Source: a virus
Lineage: Duplodnaviria > Caudoviricetes
Direction: 5' to 3' (one strand)
IMG/VR virus record: IMGVR_UViG_3300028591_000070
Location: 96,001 to 160,000 of that record
DNA length: 64,000 bases
Both the position numbers and the translations under genes were made by a program. Each line of letters opens with the position of its first letter. Positions within the stretch are counted from its first letter, which is position 1. Shown here one piece after another: positions 28,101-37,067 of this stretch. Below the pieces are notes generated by a model, which did no database searches, was not told the origin of the DNA, and saw nothing but the letters and a program-made list of their open reading frames with translations.

Positions 28101-29682
28101 AGACACTCCATTAGAAGTGCTTCCACTATATACAGCTCATGTTGAAGTTCCTACTTCTTGGTATGCTGAACTTTTTGGTAGAAAATGGATGACTAGCATT
28201 TTAGGTCACCAGGAATATGTTAAACAACCATATGACCCAGGCTTAAGAAAAGCTTATATCAATATGCTGTCAAGAATCACAATGTTTAAGTATGCAGATA
28301 ATAAATATCAGCCATACTTCTTAGATATGAGTGCTCCTTATAGAGTTATCTTGTCAGCATTAATTTCTCATAAGAATTACTTAAAAACTATTCAAGATCT
28401 TTTAGGAAGTTTGGGTGCAGAATATATTCATGACACTTTAGTTTATAATGTTGATAGATGTGTTCTATATGCTTGTGGTATGACATTTGATAAAGAAGGT
28501 TTTTATAAAATTGGCACACCATTTAAGACTCACATTTTCTATAATTATTGGATCGATAAAGCTGTTCATAGCTTTGGAAATATAAATACAGCAAAAACAA
28601 CTGTTAAAAATGTGGTAAATCTTACAAATCAATTTAATACTTTTGCAGATAAATATATTAATACTATGAAACCTATCCTAGAAAAACAATCTAGAGTTTG
28701 GACAATAAATGATATTGAAACAATGAATAAATGCCTCGAAAGTATTAAAGAAACTTTTAATAAAAGAAATGCTTTGGATGATTTCATGATGATGTATTTA
28801 AACATCTTATATTTCTATCGTTTATTCTATATTGGAAATAGATTTAATAAAGTCGATGGTACTATGTGGAGAATGAGACATCTTGAAGCATCATTACATA
28901 TGATAAAACAACCAAATATTATTAAACCAAAATCTCCATCTGAGTTCCAAGTAAAACCTGAAAGACATACCGTTGCTTTCTATGAGGTTCAAAATACTGT
29001 GGCCATGAAAACAAAATCTATTGTTAAGGATGTTGTTTTGGATAAAGATAGAATTTATCGTATTTATGTTAAAGTAGATTATACAAATAAGGAAGCTTAT
29101 GATAAATGGATTCTTTATAAGAATAATCCGGATAACTATGAAAGAGTTCCAGAAGTTGATAGATATTTGGTAAATGGCGAATATAGATATGTTCTAAAAC
29201 CTGCAGATGGTGTTTATCAATTTAGATCTAAGGAATATAATGAGAATGAAGCAAATGTTAAATGGAATTCAAGACATATAAATGACATTCCTAGAAATGT
29301 TTGGAAAGAAAACTTAGATTGTAAGTTTAATATTACATGGCATAACTCAGCTGATAAGACTCCAATTAGATGGAATGTATTAGGAAATATTAATGTTGAT
29401 AATTTACTAGAATATGCTCCAATGGGAATTACAGGTGAGGATTTAGTTTGTTTGATTGAAGAAGGTTCAGATTTCTGGACAATAAATATCCCTGAAGGAT
29501 TGTGGCCAGAAAAATCTCACTATGTTAATAATTTATATATCAAGCAAATATTTGAAAATGAAAAAGAAGATGACCCATCTAAAGATGCTTATGTGTCTAT
29601 TCTTGGACCATTGGCTCATTCAATATCACCTATTATTAAAGAGCCTATGGACGTGAGTCTAAACTTTACAAATAAATTCTAA
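25147..29682 (+). CDS. large hypothetical virion protein, 1511 aa
   Basis: GTG start overlapping the TAG of the previous gene; late cluster. Confidence 0.6.
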   Translation: MDYTQFEKLLTNANIIKTTLSDTPSNLYDGATSFESKRANSVDNYGLSTKLKAVYSTYLDLIRGQKKTHDTIAKLESIDLSSTNNNALLDDSLSQDQVAKEFIEGVEAQKAKEIIKLYFSQYLNKLNSDMQWRIGQPIDSITEVDDAFLINGKYPSRGFIIPTRNDTIYNGKTFPKDDTRFVSYGFPPYKVELEKNIIEDTTVTSDNPDSTFDFKDYSINREEYTYREMGMKALTSYIDYLQYLTEGATGIVSTYITEWDLSNYMQENLMSVTDNNIDLTLNYRIRQDNPFSDREEYRGDKALCFNVCGSSVSKLYHDNEKLWLPSDYVYSSWWTPYLEGIDFNLKQLKLPQYDTSISYMDCYDNFDISYNYDSQTDILNVIKHQDILNSILSCKTSFTTRYYDAFYSSSEDALSDYDVMLEEYTNEAAGSSSCRDVASLIQDSKIEMLCAGGYENALYSAAFSQGGLFGKRAIIKALEKNGEYKKNELINQSSQKNSADIKISSDGIIDDLMHSNNMNGATLAKMDGISRFAPAIYGGNHGACYSLNSLRGHFDNTILNLNTPTLNLTPASNDFSNMEAKYINSESFQICRSPTMNKRILFDGELHYVYRLAFKIVKTTQEIEADIFINKFGRYDYSFPVTKNGRAVVYSGKQYTKRKTFKVADILAATNEKKEKLNYYSIFNNNSILTPDRYDPKQNYVTIEVPCKQATYFDARFGLVKLPIINDNPDIEWTITMHKFDEYAADTLLSGSFLRTVKIADKTAFRSDKLSHEAMLQNPGFILRFPGHPEKEQEVIRNMMWYGKGLNNNNPIYLYFLEGNKEKRYTEGPESIIKAPCYIKYYDAKPKRKSIFRKIIDFLFNRNKVEKTNVPYIYVDLFNAVQFYDGLNKNINYVPESGFKPLHTSSDAFFKKASTEAVNPVQKLHKINQDILISQKGSVSISNVGLDGIGILTGLIGLNSKTQDLISIGSDNVALDSGLGVDYSKDTPLEVLPLYTAHVEVPTSWYAELFGRKWMTSILGHQEYVKQPYDPGLRKAYINMLSRITMFKYADNKYQPYFLDMSAPYRVILSALISHKNYLKTIQDLLGSLGAEYIHDTLVYNVDRCVLYACGMTFDKEGFYKIGTPFKTHIFYNYWIDKAVHSFGNINTAKTTVKNVVNLTNQFNTFADKYINTMKPILEKQSRVWTINDIETMNKCLESIKETFNKRNALDDFMMMYLNILYFYRLFYIGNRFNKVDGTMWRMRHLEASLHMIKQPNIIKPKSPSEFQVKPERHTVAFYEVQNTVAMKTKSIVKDVVLDKDRIYRIYVKVDYTNKEAYDKWILYKNNPDNYERVPEVDRYLVNGEYRYVLKPADGVYQFRSKEYNENEANVKWNSRHINDIPRNVWKENLDCKFNITWHNSADKTPIRWNVLGNINVDNLLEYAPMGITGEDLVCLIEEGSDFWTINIPEGLWPEKSHYVNNLYIKQIFENEKEDDPSKDAYVSILGPLAHSISPIIKEPMDVSLNFTNKF

Positions 29683-29692
29683 AGGAGATTAA

Positions 29693-29896
29693 ATGAAAAC
29701 TCTTACAGGATATGGAATAAAACAAGAAAGCAAAAAAGGAAAGCTCTATTATAGAAACTTTTTTGATGAAAGTTGGCAAATTGCTGAAAAGTTTGATATG
29801 GATTGCATCGCTCCATGGCATATAGTTGAGAATGAATCTAAACAATGGAGTGACTGCGAAATAGTTGAGTTTGATATTATAGTTAGAGAGGTATAA
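29693..29896 (+). CDS. hypothetical protein
   Basis: SD AAGGAG. Confidence 0.7.
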   Translation: MKTLTGYGIKQESKKGKLYYRNFFDESWQIAEKFDMDCIAPWHIVENESKQWSDCEIVEFDIIVREV

Positions 29897-29928
29897 AAAA
29901 GGAGGTCCTGCCAACGACAAGACCTCCT
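29895..29928 (-). terminator. intrinsic terminator of the ligase transcript
   Basis: AGGAGGTC...GACCTCCT hairpin with T-tract on the minus strand. Confidence 0.75.
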
Positions 29929-29965
29929 AGAGGTAAATATCTTAGGTGCTAAGAGCACATAGATT

Positions 29966-31072
29966 TTATGCAACTTTATACTGAACTTGCGGGATAATTT
30001 CGCCTTTCTTTGCAATAGCTACTTTATCACCAATTTTAATTCCAAGTTTATTTATAAGATTTATGTTACAAAGATTTGCGTGAGTAACAGTTGTCCCATC
30101 CAACTCAACAGGTTCAAGAACAGCAATTGGGTTGAAATAGCGACCTTTGTAATTCCAATCAATTCCGACAATCTTTGTAATTGCAATTGTCAAATCAAAT
30201 TTGAGTGCAATTGCTGATTTCTGTACTTTTTCAAGCTGGTCACGATAATCAACTTCATCATCAAAGATAACAATTCCATCCAAAGCAAACTGATTATCCT
30301 GTGTACGGAGTTCACCATATTTATTACGGAATGCATAAACTTCTTCAAGAGTCGTTACAGTTTCATGCGCAGGAGTAATAAAAGACATACCTTCAAGTAA
30401 ATCAAAAACAGCAGACTTTGTATTTGGCTGGTGTCCATCTGAATGGTAATCATAAGCGATAAAAGTTACCTGAGAAAGAATTCTTTTATCTTCATCAGTT
30501 AATTCAGAAGCTTTACGATTGAAAAGACCGGCAACAGCATTACGAGGATTTTTCTTTCCTGTGAAATATGGATCTTTGAAAAGTTCATTCTTTACTTCAA
30601 GCTCTCCACGAACCTGAGATTTATTTGAATGATCTGGAATTATTTTATTAATAGTAGAAATATAATCGGCAAAAACAAGTTTATCAAAACCTGAGAAGCC
30701 ATCACCACGGCTTACAAGATGTGTGAGCTTTCCATTTTCATACTGAAGCTCGCAACCAATTCCATCCTGCTTTGTAGAAATATGAAAACGTTTTGTACCT
30801 GCTTTTTTCTTTTTATTAAACCAGGTTTCAAAAACTGAAGTTGTCATGGCTTTATCCAGAGTACCAGTTGTAAGAATATGTGGTACCTTAACATAACCAG
30901 CAGGATTTGTTTCATCACCTGCAAGACCAGGAATAAGTGGATTGTCTGGGTCCTGAGCACGCAACTCTTCAATAAGAAAATCATATTCTTTGTCAGTCAT
31001 AATTTCCTGACCAGAATAATAAGCGTTTGCGGCATTCTTAATAATTTCTTCAAGTTCTGCTATCGTTTTCAT
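29966..31072 (-). CDS. ligA: NAD+-dependent DNA ligase, adenylation + OB domains only
   Basis: YYSGQEIMTDKEYD (domain Ia), KQDG active site, SRGDG, VRGE, NPRNAVAG, LDGIV, LEPVELDGTTVTHANL, GEIIPQV; ends before the Zn finger/HhH/BRCT. Confidence 0.92.
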   Translation of the reverse strand: MKTIAELEEIIKNAANAYYSGQEIMTDKEYDFLIEELRAQDPDNPLIPGLAGDETNPAGYVKVPHILTTGTLDKAMTTSVFETWFNKKKKAGTKRFHISTKQDGIGCELQYENGKLTHLVSRGDGFSGFDKLVFADYISTINKIIPDHSNKSQVRGELEVKNELFKDPYFTGKKNPRNAVAGLFNRKASELTDEDKRILSQVTFIAYDYHSDGHQPNTKSAVFDLLEGMSFITPAHETVTTLEEVYAFRNKYGELRTQDNQFALDGIVIFDDEVDYRDQLEKVQKSAIALKFDLTIAITKIVGIDWNYKGRYFNPIAVLEPVELDGTTVTHANLCNINLINKLGIKIGDKVAIAKKGEIIPQVQYKVA

Positions 31073-31075
31073 ATA

Positions 31076-31107
31076 TAGAATATACCTCTTTTTATGCTAA
31101 AGTTCAA
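31076..31107 (-). promoter_or_regulatory. early promoter, leaderless to ligA
   Basis: TTGAAC-17nt-TATATT-CTA; ATG lies 6 nt after the -10 box. Confidence 0.8.
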
Positions 31108-31421
31108 TAGACTCTTTCGGACTCTGTAACTTCTTCATCGTCATAACAAAGCCAAAAACTTTCATCATGCATAAGCTGATTAGCATCAAAACCCAAACAG
31201 TCACAGAGCTGAGATACACGATAAAGTTCACCAGACTGCTCTCTCTTATCGATAGGAGAGCTCTCGATTTCTTTAAAGAAATTAGAGATTATAGGTGCAT
31301 TGCAAGTAACACCAAAAGTTTTACGAATAAAATCGTCAATACCTTCTTTTGAAACAAAAAGTTTATCAGCTTTAAGCTCGTATTTAATTGTACCCCAATT
31401 ATAATGGATCATACATCCCAT
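31104..31421 (-). CDS. hypothetical protein
   Basis: SD AAGGAG. Confidence 0.75.
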   Translation of the reverse strand: MGCMIHYNWGTIKYELKADKLFVSKEGIDDFIRKTFGVTCNAPIISNFFKEIESSPIDKREQSGELYRVSQLCDCLGFDANQLMHDESFWLCYDDEEVTESERVY

Positions 31422-31431
31422 AATTTACTCC

Positions 31432-31605
31432 TTAGTGAGAATATCTCAATTCTCTCTCAAATGCTGTTAAGCAATCTTTTTTATGAGAAAACTGGTCAAC
31501 CTTACGGTTATTTTTGTAAATACACCATGTAGAGTTTACACGATCATAAACTACCTGTAAAGAACCACGAGTTTTATAAACCATTAAAACTGAATTAGAC
31601 TGCAT
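31432..31605 (-). CDS. hypothetical 57-aa early protein (not in ORF track)
   Basis: MQSNSVLMVYKTRGSLQVVYDR...RYSH*; RBS AAGAGGT; early promoter at 31621-31652. Confidence 0.75.
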   Translation of the reverse strand: MQSNSVLMVYKTRGSLQVVYDRVNSTWCIYKNNRKVDQFSHKKDCLTAFERELRYSH

Positions 31606-31620
31606 AATATTTACCTCTTA

Positions 31621-31652
31621 TAGAATATACTAAGAATCATAAATTTATTCAA
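31621..31652 (-). promoter_or_regulatory. early sigma70-type promoter
   Basis: TTGAAT-17nt-TATATT-CTA. Confidence 0.85.
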
Positions 31653-31740
31653 AATGTGTTAGTTAGTAGGATTTTCATCTTTTCCTCGAAAGCTACTTTT
31701 TTAAGCTAAATTTAAATATTATTAAAATAGGAGGAATTCA

Positions 31741-32580
31741 ATGTATAATAAGTCTTCTGATAACGGTGGACGTCCACACTCACCAGCTATGAGAGGTATT
31801 GTCGATGCAGGTGCAGACCTTTTGAAAACAATGTATGATGTAAAGATTTTCTTCCCAGACTTTACATCAGGAAAACCTAATACAGAAGCTGGTATTTCTT
31901 CAACATATCCAATCACAGTTCGTGCTACAGGATTTACAGTTCCTGATGTTGAAGTTGGTACTTATGAAGTTGGTTATCATGGACAGAAAGTTAATAAACC
32001 AAGTGGAGAAATTAACTTTACTCGTTCTTTTGATATTACTTTCCGTGAAGATGCTGCTTTCGATTTGAGACGTCGTTTCACTGCATGGCTTTCAGCTGTA
32101 GGTGATCCAGTTTCAGGTGGTATCTCAAACTCTACTGGATTCTATGGAAATGTTCAGGTAGCTACAGTAGCTAATGATTTTTATGCATTTACTTCAGTTT
32201 ATCCTTCTGGAAATGAAGAAAATGGTAGACAGATTTTCGCTGAATCTGGAGAAATTTCTAATGAATTGGGTAATACCGCTGGTAAACTTTCACCAACAAA
32301 ACACACAAACCCAATCATGCTTTGGAACTTCTATCATGTATGGGTATCTAAGGTATCTGGTCCTGCATTTGAAACAAATGGTAGTGGTGCTAATGAAATG
32401 ACAGTAACATTCCAGTTCATGGACTGCGATATGCCATTTTTTGCTGGTAATACTCAATTTGACTCTTCTAAGTGGACTGGTATTTCTGGTAGTGATGCAC
32501 TTCCTGATATGTATAAGACTATTGGCGACAAGAATGCTTTAATGATTGCTAATAACAATGGTACATTCAAAAATCAGTAA
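31741..32580 (+). CDS. tail tube protein (T4 gp19-like fold)
   Basis: VPDVEVGTYEVGYHGQKVNKPSG, FDITFRED, RRRFTAW, FYHVW, MTVTFQF; strong SD, monocistronic with terminator. Confidence 0.75.
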   Translation: MYNKSSDNGGRPHSPAMRGIVDAGADLLKTMYDVKIFFPDFTSGKPNTEAGISSTYPITVRATGFTVPDVEVGTYEVGYHGQKVNKPSGEINFTRSFDITFREDAAFDLRRRFTAWLSAVGDPVSGGISNSTGFYGNVQVATVANDFYAFTSVYPSGNEENGRQIFAESGEISNELGNTAGKLSPTKHTNPIMLWNFYHVWVSKVSGPAFETNGSGANEMTVTFQFMDCDMPFFAGNTQFDSSKWTGISGSDALPDMYKTIGDKNALMIANNNGTFKNQ

Positions 32581-32601
32581 TTAAAAAATCTTAAACAAAA
32601 T

Positions 32602-32628
32602 AAAAGCTCCTCAAATGAGGAGCTTTTT
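32602..32628. terminator. bidirectional intrinsic terminator
   Basis: AAAAGCTCCTC-AAAT-GAGGAGCTTTT. Confidence 0.85.
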
Positions 32629-32630
32629 AT

Positions 32631-32822
32631 TTATGATAAAACTAATGTTGGAAAACCTTCCTTATCTAAGATAAGGTCTCCATTAGTGAAGCAATGTAGG
32701 AGTGTTTCAAGTACTACATCATGAGGTACTCTTAGAATCATGGATATTCTAAGTGAGTCTAGCCCTCCTAAGCATAACTCAACAATCTTGGCAATAAGCT
32801 GACGATAATTACTTTGTTTCAT
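32631..32822 (-). CDS. hypothetical protein
   Basis: Last ORF of the minus-strand operon. Confidence 0.6.
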   Translation of the reverse strand: MKQSNYRQLIAKIVELCLGGLDSLRISMILRVPHDVVLETLLHCFTNGDLILDKEGFPTLVLS

Positions 32823-33231
32823 TTTTCTTTTTCAACATTTCATAGTAATATTCTGGACAGAACCATTTATCATCATCTTCCAAGAAATTGGCTATAGCAT
32901 ATATGCCATTATCATCGCTAAATACTCTACAAGGTTTATTTAGTAGTGAGCTTAATCCAACTTCTTCATCAAAGCCAAATAAACGAATAAAGTTTGAAAT
33001 AAAATTACCTGCTCCTACATCACTCCAACCTTTATCAGAATTACCAGTTAAAACAGGACTCATATATCCTTGAGCCCCAACTCCATAAGAAACATTATAT
33101 TTTAAAACCAAAAATGATCTAAATAATGCAACATCTACATATTGAATTTGAGCATTCTTTATTTTAGCTTCTGGATGAGCATCTTGAAGATATTCTCTCA
33201 TAAAATTTTCAGAAATATAGCAAGTTTCCAT
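32809..33231 (-). CDS. hypothetical protein
   Basis: Operon packing. Confidence 0.75.
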   Translation of the reverse strand: METCYISENFMREYLQDAHPEAKIKNAQIQYVDVALFRSFLVLKYNVSYGVGAQGYMSPVLTGNSDKGWSDVGAGNFISNFIRLFGFDEEVGLSSLLNKPCRVFSDDNGIYAIANFLEDDDKWFCPEYYYEMLKKKNETK

Positions 33232-33816
33232 TTATTTCAACTCCTTTAAGACATCTTTCCAAGTATTACATTTTACTAGATTTTCATTTAGGTCTTTTAC
33301 TTTTGTGAAATCCATCTCAAGAATTTCATCCTGTTGATAGCCATAAGTTCCAAATAAAATTTTTTTATATCGGTCTTTATTACCTAATAAACATAAAGGT
33401 TTATCATCAATAATTACTGAGCCTCTTCTTCCAACCATTCCTTTATCAAAGGCTGATAAGAAACAAGTTTGATATTCACATGGCATATTTTGCTCAAGCC
33501 ATTCTAGAAGAGGTTCATAAGCTCCCCTTTCTCGACGAGAACAAACAATAATATTATAGGTTTTTGATAATTCAGCAATAGCTTCTTTTGCATATTCATC
33601 AGTCCATTCAAGAAACTCATACATTTTAGGGTCACTAAAATATGAAAGACATTCCACTAAATCTTCCTTATTAATATAAGGCGAAAAGTTCCATTTTAGG
33701 TCTTCTCTCTTAAATGGAATACCATTTAATCGATGGCGCTCGTTAAAAAGATTATAAATTCTTTCGCTTGAGGCCGCTATTGTTCCATCAAAATCTATAA
33801 TTAAATCTCTTTTCAT
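33232..33816 (-). CDS. HAD-family 5'(3')-deoxyribonucleotidase-like
   Basis: IDFDGTI motif I, VCSRR, IIDDKP motif IV. Confidence 0.85.
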   Translation of the reverse strand: MKRDLIIDFDGTIAASSERIYNLFNERHRLNGIPFKREDLKWNFSPYINKEDLVECLSYFSDPKMYEFLEWTDEYAKEAIAELSKTYNIIVCSRRERGAYEPLLEWLEQNMPCEYQTCFLSAFDKGMVGRRGSVIIDDKPLCLLGNKDRYKKILFGTYGYQQDEILEMDFTKVKDLNENLVKCNTWKDVLKELK

Positions 33817-33980
33817 CTACCTTTTTGAACTATTCTCCAATAATGGTCCATTGCTTCTTTAGGATTTTCATAAAAATAAAATAAGCCTAAATACTTTTGA
33901 CAAACCAAATATTTTGTAGGTGTTTGCCAAAGTTCAACAATACATTCACTATTGCTTCTTAGTAATCTCCAATTTAACAT
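33813..33980 (-). CDS. hypothetical 55-aa protein (not in ORF track)
   Basis: MLNWRLLRSNSEC...QKGR*; overlaps both neighbours and fills the gap. Confidence 0.65.
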   Translation of the reverse strand: MLNWRLLRSNSECIVELWQTPTKYLVCQKYLGLFYFYENPKEAMDHYWRIVQKGR

Positions 33981-34174
33981 ATTCCTAACCTCTTAATAAG
34001 AGCTAGCGGATTACACTGAGGATGGCATCTTATAACATAGGTTATACCTTTTGAAGAAACAAATTTATATCGTGGCATAGGAGCTATCCCATCTTTACCA
34101 CAAACATCACACATTTCGGTAATAACCGGTTCTTTTTTCTCCTCAACTACTTTCCCACCAAACCAGCTGCTCAT
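33974..34174 (-). CDS. small zinc-binding protein
   Basis: CDVC...CHPQC; ACTAATTT motif 4 nt upstream. Confidence 0.65.
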   Translation of the reverse strand: MSSWFGGKVVEEKKEPVITEMCDVCGKDGIAPMPRYKFVSSKGITYVIRCHPQCNPLALIKRLGIC

Positions 34175-34187
34175 AAGTAAATTAGTT

Positions 34188-34454
34188 TTATAAAGTCTCT
34201 ATTATCTCATTAAGCCAGTGTGTAAAATTTTCAGGATGGTCTTCATCGAACGCTGAAATCTTTAATAAAGTATCTTCACATCCAATCACAAAATCAATAA
34301 CATAGGTTTCATATGCTCCACCAGATACTTTGGAAATTTTAATCCAATCATCTTCTGTAGTATCAGATACATAAAAAATAGAGTCCAACTTATCAAAAGA
34401 TTCTGGGTCATAGTGATAACCATTGATTTTTAATTTTGTCAAAATTTCTGGCAT
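34188..34454 (-). CDS. hypothetical protein
   Basis: Operon packing. Confidence 0.7.
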   Translation of the reverse strand: MPEILTKLKINGYHYDPESFDKLDSIFYVSDTTEDDWIKISKVSGGAYETYVIDFVIGCEDTLLKISAFDEDHPENFTHWLNEIIETL

Positions 34455-34472
34455 ATTTATTTATATTAACTC

Positions 34473-34673
34473 CTAATCTCCGTTTCTGAATAATAATTTA
34501 ACAGAACCTTTATCAGATTTTATAATTGATAAAATTGGGTTATCTAAAACAATATCGCTTGCGCAATGGTCGCATTCTGTTAAAACTTCAATAGCATGAA
34601 CTGCTAATCCTGCATTCGCAGCTAATTGGCATGCAGATTCTAAATCTGCTACTGTTTTTATTTTATAATCCAT
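34473..34673 (-). CDS. hypothetical protein
   Basis: Operon packing; CDHC. Confidence 0.65.
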   Translation of the reverse strand: MDYKIKTVADLESACQLAANAGLAVHAIEVLTECDHCASDIVLDNPILSIIKSDKGSVKLLFRNGD

Positions 34674-34677
34674 GTTT

Positions 34678-35166
34678 TTAAACTTCTCCTAAATATCCTT
34701 TGCAATAAGTCTCAATTGATTTTTCTACTTGTTTAGAGATCTGAGTACCTCTAGGCTCAGTCATATCAAAAAGGCCTATACATAAAGTATAATCGAAGTT
34801 TTGTTTTATCACCACAGCAAGATATTCCCAAAGATTTTTAGGTTCAGTGAAACTTGCTGGATGCAAAGCATATAAGAAAGCTCTACCATTCTCAAATTCA
34901 AGTGAGACAAGACCTGCCTCATTAAAGAAATCTTTAATTAAACTTACAACAAGCTCTGCAGCAGATTTTATATCCGCCATCTTGTATCTTGTATTAGAAT
35001 ACGTCTCAGTAAAATGATGCCCAACAGCGCATACTATCGCGTTAATAACATCTTCTTCTGGTGTAGATTGTTCTTTCGTAGGAGTTAAAAGTGCTACATA
35101 TTTTTCTAAATCTGCAACTCTTTTTTCAAGTGCATCTACTCTTTCTTCTAACAGTTTATTACCCAT
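34678..35166 (-). CDS. hypothetical protein
   Basis: N-terminal coiled coil; SD GGAG. Confidence 0.75.
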   Translation of the reverse strand: MGNKLLEERVDALEKRVADLEKYVALLTPTKEQSTPEEDVINAIVCAVGHHFTETYSNTRYKMADIKSAAELVVSLIKDFFNEAGLVSLEFENGRAFLYALHPASFTEPKNLWEYLAVVIKQNFDYTLCIGLFDMTEPRGTQISKQVEKSIETYCKGYLGEV

Positions 35167-35852
35167 TATATTACTCCTTCATTTTCCATTTTATGGTAGT
35201 CGGCTATTTTTTTGCACATTTCCCAAATAATAGGATGATATTCGCCTATTACTGTTGAACTTACATCATCCCAAAAAAATGTAGCAAATCCATTTTCTTT
35301 TGCATATTTTACAAACTCTTCTCTTAGAAGAGTAAACTTTCTATCATGAATATTATAAAAATAACTTGGTACTATATAGTCCTTATATAGGCTAATATCA
35401 TGTATTTTTTTACTTATAGGGAACTTAATAATCTCTGGGTAGTTATTTATTCTATTTATAATAGAATTTAATAAACAATCATCAACAGATGAGTAAAATA
35501 TTTGATATTCTTTTTGAGTTTTAACAAAATTTAAATCAAAATCTTTCTTTTCTCGGCGAGCTTTTTTAGCCCATGTGATAGCATCTTTAACATAATAACT
35601 TATATGTTCTTTTTCATGAGAGTCTAAATAAGACTCTTTACTTAGGTTAATTACTTGTTTACCTTCAGATTTACAAAGAGTAGCAATAATATGAGTATAA
35701 TAAGGAATTAAATCTCTAGGCTCCTTAATAGCTACTCTTGCATCATTTAAATAAACTTCTGCATATTTAACTATTGAATCTGGATCGTTATGAGCATTAC
35801 ACCAATCAAAGAAATCACTTTTTCCTGTAAAATTATGTGTTCGTTCTGTCAT
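35166..35852 (-). CDS. hypothetical protein
   Basis: FTGKSDFFDW N-terminus; operon packing. Confidence 0.75.
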   Translation of the reverse strand: MTERTHNFTGKSDFFDWCNAHNDPDSIVKYAEVYLNDARVAIKEPRDLIPYYTHIIATLCKSEGKQVINLSKESYLDSHEKEHISYYVKDAITWAKKARREKKDFDLNFVKTQKEYQIFYSSVDDCLLNSIINRINNYPEIIKFPISKKIHDISLYKDYIVPSYFYNIHDRKFTLLREEFVKYAKENGFATFFWDDVSSTVIGEYHPIIWEMCKKIADYHKMENEGVI

Positions 35853-36372
35853 AGATATTAATAATTTTTCCTTTCTTGAATGCTGTTAAAGCATTATCAT
35901 AATATATGAATTCATCTGTTGGTAAAACATCCGGAGGAGCTTTATAAACCTCAATACCACTATCAAAAGTGCCAATTTTATAAACACCTTTTGGATCGCT
36001 ATTAACTCTTTTAAAATTCTGCGAAAGTTTAATGTAAGCAGATACAGTGCAACCACAAACTATAAAATCTGTCTTTAAGTTTTGTATTATTTCACAAACA
36101 TATTGTGCTTGATTAAAATAAGGTTCTCTAGTATAAGACTCACTTGACCACTTAGCATCTAAGGTTAGAGGTGACCCATCATCTATAATAGAATTATAAA
36201 TCTTTCGTATTGCTAAATATTCAATTTGCAATTGCTCATAATCTTTAAGAAGAGTGGCCATATCAATATACATGCCTGCAGTACCAGCATCTTCAGTTAA
36301 TTTAGAGACCTTATTTCTAGCAATTTCAATAATTGTGGGATTATTGAATTCAAATCTCTCCTCAAATGTCAT
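35833..36372 (-). CDS. protein with a C-terminal fragment resembling T4 gp23-type major capsid protein
   Basis: AKWSSESY...DFIVCGCTVSAYI...GVYKIGTFDSGIEVYKAP..D.F parallels gp23 ARWAGESF...NFIIASRNV...AGVLGGKYRVYIDQY...DYF (recalled, not aligned). Confidence 0.5.
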   Translation of the reverse strand: MTFEERFEFNNPTIIEIARNKVSKLTEDAGTAGMYIDMATLLKDYEQLQIEYLAIRKIYNSIIDDGSPLTLDAKWSSESYTREPYFNQAQYVCEIIQNLKTDFIVCGCTVSAYIKLSQNFKRVNSDPKGVYKIGTFDSGIEVYKAPPDVLPTDEFIYYDNALTAFKKGKIINIYDRTNT

Positions 36373-37067
36373 CTTCTTACAACTTCCTCTACATCCTTAA
36401 GGTCAGAAATAGCATGCATAATTTCTTCTAAGTTTTTATCAGAAGAAACTTTTACATCTAAGTGATATTCTTCTTTATGGAATTCCCATTCATTGATAAG
36501 TTTATTAAGCTTCTCTGAAAAGTTTATCCAAATATCACTGCCTCTTGGTCTACCTAAAATTCTTTTACCTTCTTTTACAAGTTTATATGCTTCTTCAAAA
36601 GAAGAAATAGCTCCACTATCTTCGTCTTCATTTTCAGCTGCTTCTGCTCTGTTGGCATTCCATTTTATTTCTTCAGATTCATTATTGATTCTATAATAGA
36701 AATTACAATCCTTAGTATATTTATCTGCCTCTTCTACTGTAAAGAATGGTCTAATAAGCTTCCATCTTGGATTAATAAAATGAAGATCATTTTGAGCCAT
36801 AGTTATATATTCATTCTTGTCATTGTCAAAATAAACAAACCATTTAGGCTCTTTCTGATGAGTTAAATATCTTCCATATAATGTGGCATTATGCTTACTT
36901 TGAAAACGAGCAATAAACTTCCAAGAGCTTATTATAGATTCTTTAGGACCTACTACATGATAAACATTTTTGTCATCCTGATAAAGTGCCATTGGATATT
37001 CTTTTACAAGTGCAGTACCACATTCAACAAAACAAGGCTGTGTCTCTTCTAAAATAGTTGTAAACAT
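36369..37067 (-). CDS. hypothetical protein
   Basis: Operon packing. Confidence 0.75.
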   Translation of the reverse strand: MFTTILEETQPCFVECGTALVKEYPMALYQDDKNVYHVVGPKESIISSWKFIARFQSKHNATLYGRYLTHQKEPKWFVYFDNDKNEYITMAQNDLHFINPRWKLIRPFFTVEEADKYTKDCNFYYRINNESEEIKWNANRAEAAENEDEDSGAISSFEEAYKLVKEGKRILGRPRGSDIWINFSEKLNKLINEWEFHKEEYHLDVKVSSDKNLEEIMHAISDLKDVEEVVRR

